The position numbers and the translations under genes were made by a program. 64,000 nucleotides of DNA, taken from assembly GCA_002189035.1 (NCBI GenBank), contig CM007991.1, positions 4,278,001 to 4,342,000 of the forward strand, in the 5' to 3' direction. This document shows, piece after piece, positions 13,364 to 27,000 of this stretch. The stretch comes from Utricularia gibba. Taxonomy: Eukaryota > Plantae > Magnoliophyta. Position 1 is the first letter of the stretch, and the number at the start of each line of letters is the position of its first letter. The notes beneath the pieces were generated by a model. That model saw nothing but the letters and a program-made list of their open reading frames with translations. It made no database searches and had not been told where the DNA came from.

Positions 13364-14432
13364 CAAATTATGGCATATGAGAAGATTTCAATAATACTAG
13401 TCAAAGAGAATGCATGAAAGCATAAAAAACTTGCAAGAAATTGCAGAATTTATTTGAAGATTGAAGAAAAATTACATGAGGAAAGAACGAAAAGTCCCCT
13501 TTAAGTACTATGAGGAACGGAATGATGTCTATTAGTTCAATCATGAAATGTGGTGTGGACTTCAAACAAGTTAAATTCTAATTTATAATGGGAAAATATT
13601 AAATATGTCAAGTATTTTAGTTTGTGAGAGGAGTGCAAATCAGTTTTGAGATTTCCATTTTCAAGGAAGATTGAACTCACCCATGTTGAGCTGGAAGAAC
13701 AACTAGGCCAGAGATTGACAAAGCCCAGTCCGAATTCCAACCTTATGTTTTTAGAGCAGAGCCCAAGCACCGGAGGCTATAAAAGGAGCCAGTAAATGCG
13801 ATTGTTAGTTCAGTTTTCTAATCTTCATCGCAGAATGACAGAGAAGAGTCTCACAAGCTCTAGCGTGAGCGATTCTTGCTCAACCGTCAACACTCATCTT
13901 CATCTGGGCGTACCTTCGATTGAAAATCAAAGAAGGCGAAGAAGGGATATCTCGTTCAAACGACCATCAGTGCAGTGCCGCCTCATTCTCCTTATAGAGA
14001 GAAAAACTTGGCCGGTTGAGCCTTCTTGCTCCAGTGTAGAAACTCGTAAATTAGTGGAGGGTTTTTGAATCTGGTGTGATTAGCACATGTGGTTTTACCA
14101 ATTTGGCTTTCCACGTTAAAAATCTTGCATTGTTCTTCTGTTTGCTCAAACAAATTGGCACAAGAAAGGAAAAATCAGGACGAACTTCGCAACAAGCCAA
14201 TGTGAATATTAAGTTAGTGCTCAATTTGCTAGTGATATGGAGAAGGAAAAGTAGCTATTGACTTTGTATGATTCCTTTGAGCAAGAGACAAATCCATACA
14301 TGAGAAGACTATGTGGGGTAATAAGGAGATGCCCAATAAGGAGCATGTGCATGAATGTGCCTAGTAGAAGTTGTGCTACATGAGGTTCATTAGAGCTCAC
14401 CCGACCTTACTGCATAGAGAGGAGATGGCTAA

Positions 14433-14557
14433 AAGGTCAATTAGAAAAGTGGCCACTGTCACTTTCTCTCTCACACAGTAAGTCAAACATTTTACACATA
14501 GGGTGGCCACTTTTCTCACACAGTAAGATGATAGTGGCCACTTTTTTTAATCACCCC
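14433..14557. mobile_element. Small Tourist-like MITE / inverted repeat
   Basis: TAA on both flanks (14430-14432, 14558-14560); perfect 13-bp inverted repeat AAAAGTGGCCACT (14445-14457) / AGTGGCCACTTTT (14533-14545) within ~25-bp imperfect TIRs. Confidence 0.55.
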
Positions 14558-15424
14558 TAAAAGAAAGAATGGACAAGGGGTGCAGAGCGATGCTAATCAA
14601 AAGTTACAAAAAGAGTGCTATCCAAAAGTTAGAAGATGGGCTATTGGGTGAAGATGAATTAGTTCTTGGCAACACTGTTCTTCAAACTTTTTTCATATTC
14701 TTAATGAATTTGATTTTTGGTGTGTATGTGTGTATTTAGTTCTATTCATCATTTTCTCTAACCGTTTCAATTAAAGATTAATATTAAGAAAATCGACTTA
14801 CAACCTAAACGGTGAATTAGATATTGGTGTTTTTCAAAAAATAAAAAGAAGCATTTGTTGATTTCTTATACCTTTTGTTGATTTCCTCAATTGTAACTCC
14901 CTTTTGTTAATACTGATCGGCGTTGCAAAAGGAAGTTAGATGGACATAGAGATATGTAAAGTAATGAGCTACGGCAAAAGCGGGCTAGAATGGACGCATC
15001 TGCATCACCATGTGCTTCTGGGGTCCCGTATGTTGGGTTCAGATCTGCCCTTGCTTCTATTGACAGAAGTACCATCCGTATCGTCCCGTTTGACCCCAGG
15101 GCACGAGGATACTTTCGTAATCGACAGACTAAGGTTCGGTTTTCCCTGGACAACCGTATTATGTTAAAATTGTGTGTGGTCACCGCTGACCCGACACCCG
15201 TCCATGCGGGCATTAATATCATTCCCATCACTGTCGGACACCTCATTATTCTTTTTTTTTTTTTTCAATTTTCAAATATATTATTATAAATTTTAGAGTT
15301 GAAAACAAATTCACATACGGTGAAATAGACACCGAAGCAATCAAAATCTGTCTGACAAAAGACTAGTGTGGTGGTTCTCAGGCAGAAGGGGCCGAGAAGA
15401 CAGCTGCAGGAGCTACGCGAGTCA

Positions 15425-17541
15425 TCACACGTACAACTGCTGTTTGTCCGAATCTTTCTCCATACCAGCGGCCTTTTCCCCTCTCCAGTACTTGATCCTT
15501 TTCACGGCCGTCGAAGCCTGAAGCGAGTGAGGGAACGAGGGTGTCATCTGGATCCGTTGTCAAAGGGATGAGTGTGAAAAATGGGGGTTTAGAGGTCACC
15601 TCTTTCCCCCAGTCTGTACTGTGCACGATCCAGAAGAGGATGAGCGTCTGCACAATCGTTCCGGCGACCATTCCGTACCATATCCCCTGCATCCCCAAAG
15701 ATGATGACTACAGTTGTGAGATCATGATTCAGCTAGTGACGGCGGCAGCTGTTTCGTACCTTAGCGCCCATGTTGAGAGCATAGCCCATCACGAGACCCA
15801 GCGGAACTCCGAAAGCGTAGTAGCAGACGACGTTCACGTAAGCGATCAGCGTCTGCCATCCTGCTCCGATGGCAACCCCTGCACCGGTAGGATCGCTAGA
15901 AAAATACAATCAGGTTCAACTTTGTTGCTTGAGTAACAACTTGATAATAGTGAACCTGAGAGAGCGGGCTGGATACTGTTGACGACGATGGAGAAGGCCA
16001 GCAATGGAGTGAGATCATAAACTATGGCCTTGACAGAAGTGCTATCAGCGAAAAAGGAAGGATACTGGTTCTGGAAGATCAGGAGGAGGGTTGCGAACAC
16101 GATGCCGATTACGAAGGCCCATATCACCATGACCACTACTGAGAAGCTTGCAGCTCTTGGATGGTATGCTCCTAGTTCATTGGAAACTCTTACGCTGCAC
16201 ACACATTTGCTCTGCATGTTTGTCATACGGTTTAAGTATCGAAGATTTGAGAGTATTTTACGAACCTTATGGCAGCGTTGAATCCCACTGATATCATGTT
16301 TGTAAATCCCAGTATGTTTGTGCTGCAGGGGGATCATCAGAAAGGTACTGAATCGAGTAAAAATTCAGAGATTATTCACACGTATGAGTAATTTACCACA
16401 CGGACAGAGCAGCAACAGCAACCTCTGCATTCTTCAAGTAACCAGCCAGGAGGGTCAAAGCCATGAAATACCATGTCTCTAAGCTGCAGTGAAAAGACAG
16501 ACATGTCACAGTAGAAATGAAGGCGAACAGAAAGAAGACTTCTTTGTTTCATAGAACATTACCACATCATTACAGCCGATGCGAGGGAAAGCTTCACAAA
16601 ACCCCATATATTCTGCACCGCTCTCAGGCTAAATCCTGGCCATGCTTTGCCGCAGGTTCCGCTTAAAATGTAAATAACTTGAGCTACCACGATGAACCAC
16701 CAAGAAGCGTCGAGAACTGCCGCGCCGGCAGCCATACCCCAGCCGAGTTTGAACACCAGAAGCCAGCTAAAAAGTACGTGCAAAACTAGAGCAGAAGCAG
16801 AGATCCAGGCCATAGCCATGATCTTGCTCTGTGCCTGCAGAAACTTGGCCGTCGGAAAATTCAGCGCGTAGGCGAAGAGCTGAGGGATCATCCACAGCGC
16901 AAACTTCCCGGCGACACGAGAAATGCTCGCCTTTTGACCAATTAACAGTAAGAAGGGAAGAGCGAAAATGTAGAGAAACATCAAAATCAGAGCGGTGACT
17001 AGGAGAATGATCCACGATCTTTGCAAATAGACACCCAGCATATCAAGCTGCCCTGCCCCATATGCTTGCCCACAGAGCGTTTCTACCGCGCTTCCCATTC
17101 CCAACTGCGCAAATCCAAAAACTAATTCAGAAAACCCAAAAACTCGAAAAAACAGGGAGCTCGATAGGGAATTACCATGACGCCGAGTGATAATCCAGCG
17201 ATTACAGAGTTTTCGATCGAGAAGGCGGAGAGTTCAAGTGTACCCACATGGCCGGCGAAGGTTTGCGTGGAAGCTCCGAGGGTATACTGGCAAAGAGAAG
17301 TGAAAATGGCTGGCCCTGCTAAGTACCATAGCGTCCCTGATTCTTCCTTGAAAGCTGCAAGAAATCCAGCCATATTCTCTATTGGCTGACTATCGCCTTC
17401 TCCGGCGACGAATGATAAGAAAAACGAGAAAGTTGATTGCCTCGGAAACGAATGCATCGACGCCGTAATCTCCGGTACCACCTCCTCATCGTCGTCCTCG
17501 TGTACAAGAAGTTGCTCCGTCGAATCGATGTTGTGCTCCAT
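15425..17541 (-). CDS. DTX: MATE efflux family protein (DETOXIFICATION/DTX, DTX29-31-like clade), 529 aa
   Basis: Exons 17541-17176, 17104-16563, 16483-16397, 16322-16266, 16194-15956, 15878-15760, 15686-15600, 15517-15425; all GT-AG; total 1590 nt, in frame; motifs LWYLAGPAIF, GMGSAVETLCGQAYGA, SVRVSNELGA, GVAIGAGWQ; exon sizes 87/57/239/119/87 typical of plant MATEs. Confidence 0.95.
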
Positions 17542-18018
17542 TGCCACACGTAGTCACAGTGCAACCAGAAGGAAGGATACAGACAGACAGAGGAGGTGAA
17601 TGGCTGGGCCGTCTACCCTTTAAGCATGCCAACCATGGGAAGAGAGAGAGAGAGGATTGATGCAACGGCAACCTTAGTCGAAAATAACAAGCTCAAAACA
17701 AGTCATTTATGTAGGAGCAAGCAAAGCCGCAAACAGAGCTCTGAAACAACACGTGGCCACCAAATCCCACCCTGCTCGGGATCTAAGACGCTTCAAGTTC
17801 CAAGGAGAGCCTAAAGTAGTCTTTCCAGAACGTAATCAGAAGCCTAAAAATGTCATTTCTGAGTGTGCCCAACTCAATCATTCTTTACAAAAGCTGTAGT
17901 ATAGATAATACGAATAATAATATTAAAAATAGAAAAATAAATACGGACAAGTAACTACTTCCCGGTGCTCGTTGGAATTACGTGAAGAATTTTCATACAA
18001 AATTTCTGGAATTCGCTT

Positions 18019-18056
18019 TTGACATTGACTGACTGACTGACTTGTAATCAACCGAC
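18019..18056. promoter_or_regulatory. W-box (TTGACT)/TGAC-core tandem array plus DRE core ACCGAC, ~480 bp upstream of MATE ATG
   Basis: TTGACATTGACTGACTGACTGACT at 18019-18042; ACCGAC at 18051-18056. Motif match only. Confidence 0.35.
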
Positions 18057-20099
18057 AACCAATTACACCCGACGGATCTCGACCTCAAGTTTACACTTTT
18101 TGTTGGATATCTTCACTCAACCTTCTTGTTTTTTGTTACTTGGCAATAACTGTGGAGGAGGCCCAGCAGTTGTGATGGGCATGCCGTCGCAGGACTCGGC
18201 CACGACGGTGGAAAGAACCGGGTGATCGACCTCGAGGAAATTGTTTATTTTATATGCTTAAATTATTTGGATTTATATAAAAAAAAGCAATGAATGAGTT
18301 ATTCTCAAGATGATGAACCTAGCAAAGATTACATAACTACGCAAATAAATAAAAAAATAGAGAAAATTAGTTTGTTTTGATCAAAATCATTGGTCTTGAG
18401 TATTGGTCTTTCCATATTTTGAATCCAAATTCTACATATCTTGAATATTAATCCTTTTTTTTTTGTTGAGGTCAAGTTTTCTTAGATTATCAACGAACTT
18501 TTCATTTTTTTAATTTAGATTAGTTTTATTTATAACCCACAACTTTTTTTGCTCTTCTATTTCTTATTATTCTATTTATCTTTATCGTCAATCCCCTCAC
18601 TCAAACTTGTATCTGAGATAGGGCAATCGCTAGCATGCCATTCTTTTGGTAAAAATATCAACCATTTGATGTTGTGTCAGAATATGTTGAGTAGTCTAGT
18701 ATTCCAAGGCCACCTTCTCTTGAACAAAATTATAGTTAATTTTCACATGTTTGCTTTGAGAATCAAATATCGCATTTAGGGTTAGATGCAATGCACTCCT
18801 GTTATTACAGTGCAATATTGGTGTTTGACAACCTTGATCCAAATGTACATGAACTCACTTTAGCTAAGAATTTCAGTTGAAGCTATACTTGCACAAGTTT
18901 CCATGTATGTCATCATTGTCTTACTAAGTTAATTCAGGATTTGATTCTTGCTTCTCCATTGTTTTCTTTCTCAGTTATGTTTTATAATCATGAATTTCTG
19001 GAGGATATCAATTTGAATTATGTGATTAGAAATATTTCAATTAACTTGTTTACGAAACAAGAGGTGTGGGAGTTAGGATTACATATGAAAAAACATAAGT
19101 TATCACTAGACAGAATATGAGTTTTTATTAGTAGTCAGTTATAAGAGTAAAAAAATATTAATCTACTTAACTCAACTCACGCCATGAACTTATTTTGAAT
19201 GATTTTAAAAATAAAAATAAGTTTTACAAAATACAGTCTATCGGGGCATTACCCTAGGTAGTCATTAGTAATTCATTTTTTCTTTCATTTTTCCTTATTG
19301 GAATTGTACTACTCACTTTGGAATGGTACCTTAGCTGGGAGATGGTGAAAATTTCAATTTTTCATGAGAGAAGGGTGTTCCCATTTTTTGAAACATCCAC
19401 TATTTTCTTACTAAAACTAGGCAACTGCGTCTAGTCATTAGTCATGGACTGCTTTCCAAGTGTTGAATTTAGAAGTGAATATTATTTTTTATTAAGTATC
19501 TTAGTATTTTTTTAACTTATAATGAATTGATGATGATATCTTTTGCTGATGTGTTGTAGTTGACTTCTTGATTCCTGTTTTGTGAATTTAATTAAGTTGA
19601 TGTAGATAATATATACGATTTTATAATGTTAAAATAAATATGCATTGTATTTTTTTTTACATATTTTTGTAGATCGATAATAATGAAATTGTTGGCACAT
19701 CTGTACCAAATAAAATTATTGTAAATAACCAATACTAGGATTAAATTAAAGAATAATGTGAAATATAAGCAATATATAATTATTGTTTTACGGATTATGT
19801 TGTGGATCTTGGCTTGGTGCTTGTGAGATCTAGGTGAAGGGGAGTGCTGGTACATTGGCTCCTCCGCAACAGACCTTCAGTGTTAGCCTTGCATTTATCG
19901 ATGGTTCTAGGTTTCCAAATGGGTATACGAGCAGATAAAGAAGAGTGATTAATATGATAGTCTTTAAAACAAGTAAACAACGAAAGAGAAAAATAACTCA
20001 AGGCCCAAGGGTTACGTCTTGTGTAGTGCCAATTTGAAGTCTTTTGCTGATTGGGTATGGTACTAATCATCTTTGAATAATTATAAATAGAAGATTGTT

Positions 20100-20530
20100 A
20101 ATGGCAAGAAATGCTCATAAAAGGGCTTTAATCTATGTTCATTGACCTTGATGCATTTCCTTGTATCGAAAGAACGAAAAAGCACCATGAGGAAAAATAT
20201 GTGTGACTTCATAAGATCCTATTTTGATCTCAATTTATTCAAAAAAAAAACTACGGTATCTGTAAAAGAACTTTTTGACCAACCTTAAAAGTTTTTCTCA
20301 CTCAACTTACTATCATGAAAATGTTTTACCTTGTTCTTGTAGATAAATTGGTTGGAATAGGCATCAAGGCGAATTTCTTTTAATTTGTTCAAGTCCAAAA
20401 GTCTTTTTTCCAGCTTGGTAACTGCCCAAGTTGCATGCTTTAATGGCCCAATAGACATTTTAATGAATTCCATAGGAAGATTGTAATACTTGCCATAGAT
20501 CATCTGAAAAGAGGACACCCCAATGGAATT
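20100..20530 (-). mobile_element. Ty3/gypsy (Athila-like) integrase C-terminal remnant
   Basis: ORF 20285..20551(-) SSFQMIYGKYYNLPME...EKRLLDLNKLKEIRLDAYSNQFIYKNKVKHFHD; downstream GQKVLL and KVNEHRLKPFYE. Confidence 0.75.
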
Positions 20531-21840
20531 TAAGTTATGTGATTGCTGCATATCATGTACTCAATAAATTTTAATTATAAAAACTGAAAACATAATTAAG
20601 TGTAGTAAGAATGTCAATCACATGAAATTGAGAATTGTAAAAAGGGTTTGAAGATACAAGAGTAAAAAATGTGATTTAAGTGATATCTTGATTAAGAGAA
20701 GTATATCTTGCGAAAAGAATTCATTTTCTTCTTTGCCTCTCGTTACCTCGCTTTTACTAATTTCTTCTGAATGTCACTTATAGGAATGACAAATAGCATA
20801 TGATCCTTTATACTCTCTTATAAGAAGGGACACAAATAGTCTCATGTTGTTTTCCTTTGTACAATTGAAAAAACAAAAGCATTGTCATCGATTATCCTAA
20901 AAAACAAATAATGCATATGCGTATAACTGTTGCTAATGGCCAATGGTATGGATATGACGAAATGCCCAACTGAAAACTCATGGATCTCAGAACCTAAGAA
21001 TCAATTCTAAATTCTAAATTCCTGATCATGGAAGCAAATAGTACTTAAGGAAGTAAAATGGAGATGGTTTCACAAAAAAAAAAAAGGAAGTACATGAAGT
21101 ATGAAAAGACATCAAATCTTTAGAAATAAGATTATTTGCAACATTGGCAAACTCACAAAGTAGTATAAAATTCAAAGACTAATTTTTCATAAACAGTGAG
21201 ACTAATCTTAGATAAGTTATACCGTCGTGCAAGGGAATATTCAAACAAACAATTAATATCAACAAGCAATTTCAAATGAGTCAAAGTAGGTACATGAAAC
21301 TTAAAATTGAATAAAATACTACAAGATATCAAAAGATTAAATACAAGTTATATATGTTTTCAAAATCTCATGATATTCTACAATTGAGTACATATTGGAT
21401 ACTGTCTCGGTCTTGCCAAAATTTCGTGTGCCAATAGTGTCAAGTGTTTCATCAACAGCCTATGTGCATGTTAGGGACTCTAGAGATGGGTCTTCCTATA
21501 ATGGTGTGTTTCATTATGGATATCCATTGATCAAGCTCTGCATTTAGGGTTATCCTATTAGTTGATTCTTCACCATGGTTTAGGAAAGGTGATAGTGTGG
21601 AACCGCATCTTTTGACTCATTGGCCACACCATCAATGGACTACTCTAGTTGTGGAAGGGTTGGGCATTCTAGTGGTGGAACATCCTCTAGGAAGGCTATA
21701 ATATGTGCAACCAGCTCAATTTAGTTGTAGGGGCAAAATCCTGGTCTAGGCTTTTAGTTGTTTCTGATTTAGTGCGTGTGGACTTTGGAGGAGGGTTCAA
21801 GTGCGATGACCTTGATTCCGTGGGATGGCCTTGTAGTCAT

Positions 21841-22998
21841 TGATAACATTGTTTTTATTGTATTTTTATATGTGTTTTTAGGTTTTTTTTGTATGGCTAA
21901 ATGTTGTTTAGTATGTTAAATTGTCTCCTTTTGTGTATTTAATTTGTTGAAATGTGTTTATTGTGAAAACATGCTCAATTGGCAACAATTGAGCTGAAAA
22001 CTCTAATATTTTTTCTAGTATATATTTAAATCTTAATAAGATAAGAGCTAGTACTATAGTAGCGCATTTTCCACATTGACAAGTCAAAAGGGATAGAAAA
22101 GCTGTGCAAAAGCCACTTTTCACCGAAAGCAGCCGCCTTGTGAAAAGATAAGATTTGTATCAGAGATCTCCCTTCTATAAGCTTGAGAAAAAAATGAAGC
22201 TACCCTTGCTTTTGAGAGGAAAAAGTAAAGAGGAAGAGGAGAGAGAATAGAAGAACAGCAGCGGAGCGGGAGCGAGGAGCACTGTGTTTCTCCAATGAAC
22301 AGCTCCGACGACCTTCAAATCTACATTTCTACACCAGCTTTCCACCCAGAACTTTGATTTCCAATAGATCTACAGCCCACAGAAGCATCTTGATACTTTT
22401 ATTTGCGTTTTTCTGCACTTTCGTTGTTGTGGAACTGGGTACTGATATTTTCTACATTTCATTGCTTTCTGTTATGTTTTTGATACCTTGTTGTGAACGA
22501 AAAATCTCATGTGGACCTTATTTCAGCTTATGAACATGTTCCTCTTTAAGTCTTTCATGTTTGGTTTTAAGTTTAACATGCTATTTATTGTTCCTGTGAA
22601 CCCTTGCTCTATTTTTAAGTATTTTAAAGCTGGGTTTAAGCCTATGGGCGCTATTAAGTGACACAAGAGCCAGACCCTAGTGTAAAACTCCACTAAGTTA
22701 CTTTTATTTTATGTTTTCTGCACATTCAGGTTAATTTTAGTACCTCTTCACCCCTACAACTAGTTTATTTCAGCTATTGCTATTTTATGTCTTACGAGCA
22801 TGAGAGTTAAACCCCAGAAAACCACCTGTTTCCAGTAAATGTGATGAAATTGCAACCATTTCTTGTGGATTCGACCATTGCTTGCCACACTGCATTAATT
22901 CTTGTGATTTATGTAGTAAAATAGCTAGGTTTATAAATTTCTTTTAATGCGTTGAATGTAGATCATGACATTTTGCAACCCCATTCCAATATCCATCA
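21841..22998 (+). mobile_element. Solo LTR (~1.16 kb), same family as 6630-7817
   Basis: TGATAAC...CCATCA termini; TSD GTCAT / GTCAC (4 of 5 match). Confidence 0.85.
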
Positions 22999-24024
22999 GT
23001 CACTTTCAATTTTTTACCTTGGAAGTGCTTGTGCAATTCATGAAATATCCATAGAAAAAATAAATGCATCCTATCAAAATCAAGGAGCTACACATACACC
23101 ATCTATTGCTTGATTCTTATACTTGATTAACCTTGTAGAGGATTGCAACATCACACAACATTGCATATTGTTCTATCTGGTGCTTATCTCATTGTTCATG
23201 ACCTCACATTGCAAAGTTAAAAAGGAGTAGTAAGTATTTTTTTAATTAATAAAAGGAGGTTAATTTCATAATTGTAAACAAAATTATTATATCCACCAAA
23301 CGCTTTATAATCTTCAAACTCAAATAAATGGTACTTCTCAATCAAATACGAATAAACTTTAAACACTCAAAGTACATTTACCTAAATCCAAATAAAGTAA
23401 ACTCGAGTTATAACTCAACATAAACCAAATGCCTACTAAAGAAATGTGAGAGAATGCAAGATTAGAAAGGCAGGGCTAGTAACTAGAGTGAAGCTATAAC
23501 AAGGTAGCCGTACTAGAAGGTGAGGTTGGATCACCTATAGTTCTCAAAGCAGAGGAGGAAGAGTGGGCAGCAGGTACCCCGAGCCCTCTGTCCCACACAT
23601 CTATCAAAGAAGAGGAACATGGTATTATGATATAATCACCTGAAATTGATTATATCTTATAACTCAAAAAATATTACCCATATGTAGGAAGAGTTTTAGT
23701 ATAGTCAAGCCACAAGGTCGACAAGGGAGGACTTTGTTCGATGAGTCAAAGTTGATCCGTAAGCCCAACGATAAACGAAAATTTTTGCAATATCTTTAAA
23801 ATTGCAAATTCATGTATCAAATAAACTTATAACCTAAGTCATAATCAATCATACGAAAAATATGAGCATAGTGGATCAGAATCGAACACAAGGATTTATG
23901 TGCTTGTTGTATGAAGGTTGATTCATACTATTTCTGTCATAGTTCATAGATTTAGTCTAACCTAAAAATAGGAGTTTCACAATAATATGTAGAAATGGAA
24001 TAATGAAAAAAATCAGATCTTTAT

Positions 24025-27000
24025 CTAAAGTAAAAGAAGATGATGTCTTGGCACACTTATGGATAGCATGCTAATTACTACAACTATCCCATCTAAACCT
24101 AAAGTAAAAGAAGATTTATTTTCATTCGGCTTCTTACCCTTGATTAACTCTAGGTAAGCTTTGCAGTTTCTCTTCCAATGACCAGATTTTCCACAGTGAA
24201 AACATTCACCCTTAGCCGGTTTTTCAACTGGCTTCTTTTTCTTGATCTCTCTTTTAGATTTGAGTTTCTTGTCTTGATTCTTCTTCTTGGAAACCGTTTT
24301 CCTTGAAGAGACAAGCATGACATTCTTCTGTTCCTTTGTGATAGTTGTCTCAACAGATTTGAGTAACTGAATCAACTCAGGAACAGTTTGATCTATCTTG
24401 TTCATCTGATACTTCATCACAAATTGTGAGTAGCTATCAGGTAGTGAGGTAAGGATTAAGTTAATAGTCAAGTCCTTATCCAACACAAAACCAAGAGTGC
24501 ACAACTTTTCAATGTAACTCAACATCAATGTCGCATGATCAGTAGCAGAACTTCCTTCTGCCAAGCGACAATTGAACAACAACTTTGATGTCTTAAACCT
24601 TTCAAGTCGTGAGTGCTCGCCAAACAGATCCTTGAGATGTGTTATCATCTATTGGCAAGTCATCGCCTCATGCTGTTTTTGGAGATCAGGGGCCATCGAA
24701 GGAAGCATGATATAGGAGACAAGGTCAGCATCATCTAGATACTTTTGATATGCACGCCAAACATCTTCAGCTGCATTTGCCCTAGGTTGTCCAGGAACAT
24801 CTTGCTTAAGGATGTAAACAATCTTCTACGCCTTGAGAACAATTCTCAGATTGCAGTGCCAATCAGTAAAATTCGAGCCAACCAAGTTGCTGGATTCTAG
24901 AATGGATCTCAAATTCATGTTGGAAGACATATTTCAAACTGAAGAAGAAAAAGCAAACACATAATGTAGTGTTCCTTAAATCACATCTAATTGGTCTTTA
25001 TCAAATGTGATCCATTCCCACTATGTTTTTTGAGATGGCAGCCCCTTACTGACAAAACGAGAAAATCACATTTTCTTAGTGGGATAGTGTCCCATTTCAT
25101 TCATCTCCATCTTGACTATAGCCAACAAGCTTTAATGAATGAAACAGATAGTCATCTCATGCCAATTGTATCTCTCATACAACCATTGTATCATTGAGTT
25201 ATCAACTTTTGATGTAAAAACTATTTACTTCAACGTTTCCTCCAAATTTACCAACCTTGGCTTTAGTCAACAAGTTGATATAATCAGTTAAGCCAACCCA
25301 CTCTAAATCTAATTCCATAATTCGAACATGCCATGTGTAGTGGAGAGCTTGACAGTAGCCAACAACTCTATGCACTAAAAATGACTCTCGTTCTCCTTAT
25401 GTCAATGGAAGTAATAAACTTAATTATTTGGTACGGGATTTTTCCATATGCAACTCTTGCACTATGGATATCAATATCCTATCAAATAGTCATCTTGGCA
25501 ACCCTTGCCCTTTCGTTCATAACACATCACATCCCTAGATTTTCACACATAATGAACGAAAATCCTAATTGACCCTAGATGACTTGGTCACAAATAAATT
25601 ACCAAACATTATATGCATCGATAATTCACCAATATGATCATCATGATCAAAATTCGTGCAAAGGCCATCATGCCCCACGACTACATATATGTAAATCATC
25701 AATATGCTGCACATATACATGTAAGATATGATTCTCAAAAGCATCAATCATGATTCAAATTTCGTGCATCATAAGGTAGCAAAACAATCCAACATAATCA
25801 GATTTCGTGCATCACATGCTATTATGATGATCATCGGTAAGGCAACATACGAGAACATCTCGCAAAATCACATGCTATTACGATGATCATTGGCAAGGCA
25901 ACATATGAGAACATCTCGTAAAAATAGCAAAGATTCCAACGTATACACGTATTCCATAACCTTGCTCTGATAACACAGTTGGGTTTCTCGTAGACATCAT
26001 ATGTCCTCAGTGCAGCGGAATTTAAAATTTTTTGAGAAATCCCAAAGATAAATCTTGGAATACGGTATACGTCAGATAAAGAGATGCTGAAAGTACCTTT
26101 TAGAGGAATCCGTGCTTCACCAACCACCAATAGTAGACGGACTCTATGGTATCCACACGTGAAGCACTCCATCGATAAAGTTCTTAAGGCTGTAAAATGC
26201 TAGTCGATCTCCTCTAGTGCTAGTAGAGAAAATCGCCCCCTTGCAGATCAATCTTAGAGAGCATGAAGATATGTGAAGCAGATCTGTAGATCTAAATCTT
26301 TTAATAGATATTTGGTGATATATCAAATCAAATCTTTGTAAAGATCTTATCTTGTGGATATATGTATATGTTCCAAATCTTATCTATATAATATCTTTTA
26401 TTTTGAATTCTATCAGTATTAATCTTAAAATAACTCTCTATTTAATTTACCAATTACATCTCAGGTAATTGTGTCATTCTATTTTATATCGATGAGTGAC
26501 TTCACTATTATATATGACCCTATAGGCTTCTTCAATAAGGCCTTAATAATGAATTTATTAATTAACTCTTAATTAATGAAATCCATCATTATCAATCATG
26601 AGTGATGTCTAGCAACATATTATGATCCCCAAAATAAAAGAATAATCAAGTGAATTGATTGAGCCTTTCCATGACCAGCCACCATGCAATGAACAGCTAT
26701 CATCATATTTATATCTCATTCGATACCAGAACATGGGTGTGTGTCTTTCTGATGTATCGAATTTATAATTGCATTCAAGCACTAGCACTCAATGACCAAC
26801 TCAAACAATTCAAATGTCATTACCCTGAGCCTAGGACTTACTGTTAGGCTTTGATACAATTACTTGAGATATGATGTCATAGCCTCAGTGATGAATTCTT
26901 TATTGCTCAATCAACTATCTCTAATCTTAAGTAGTCATATCCCTACTCATCCATACTAGGCAAGCCATGGTTAAGCTCCTATTAGTAATGAGCGAAAATG

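Noticed and set aside
13500-14230. Possible LTR (TATA gctataaaag, LTR-like composition) and ORFs 13796..14068, 14076..14261
   Set aside because: No termini, TSD or second copy could be identified; the ORFs have no recognisable homology.
15378-15698. ORF-track C-terminus of MATE (…GKEVTSKPPFF…APSA*)
   Set aside because: It reads through an 82-nt intron (15599-15518). The spliced last exon ASTAVKRIKYWRGE… matches the MATE family C-terminus.
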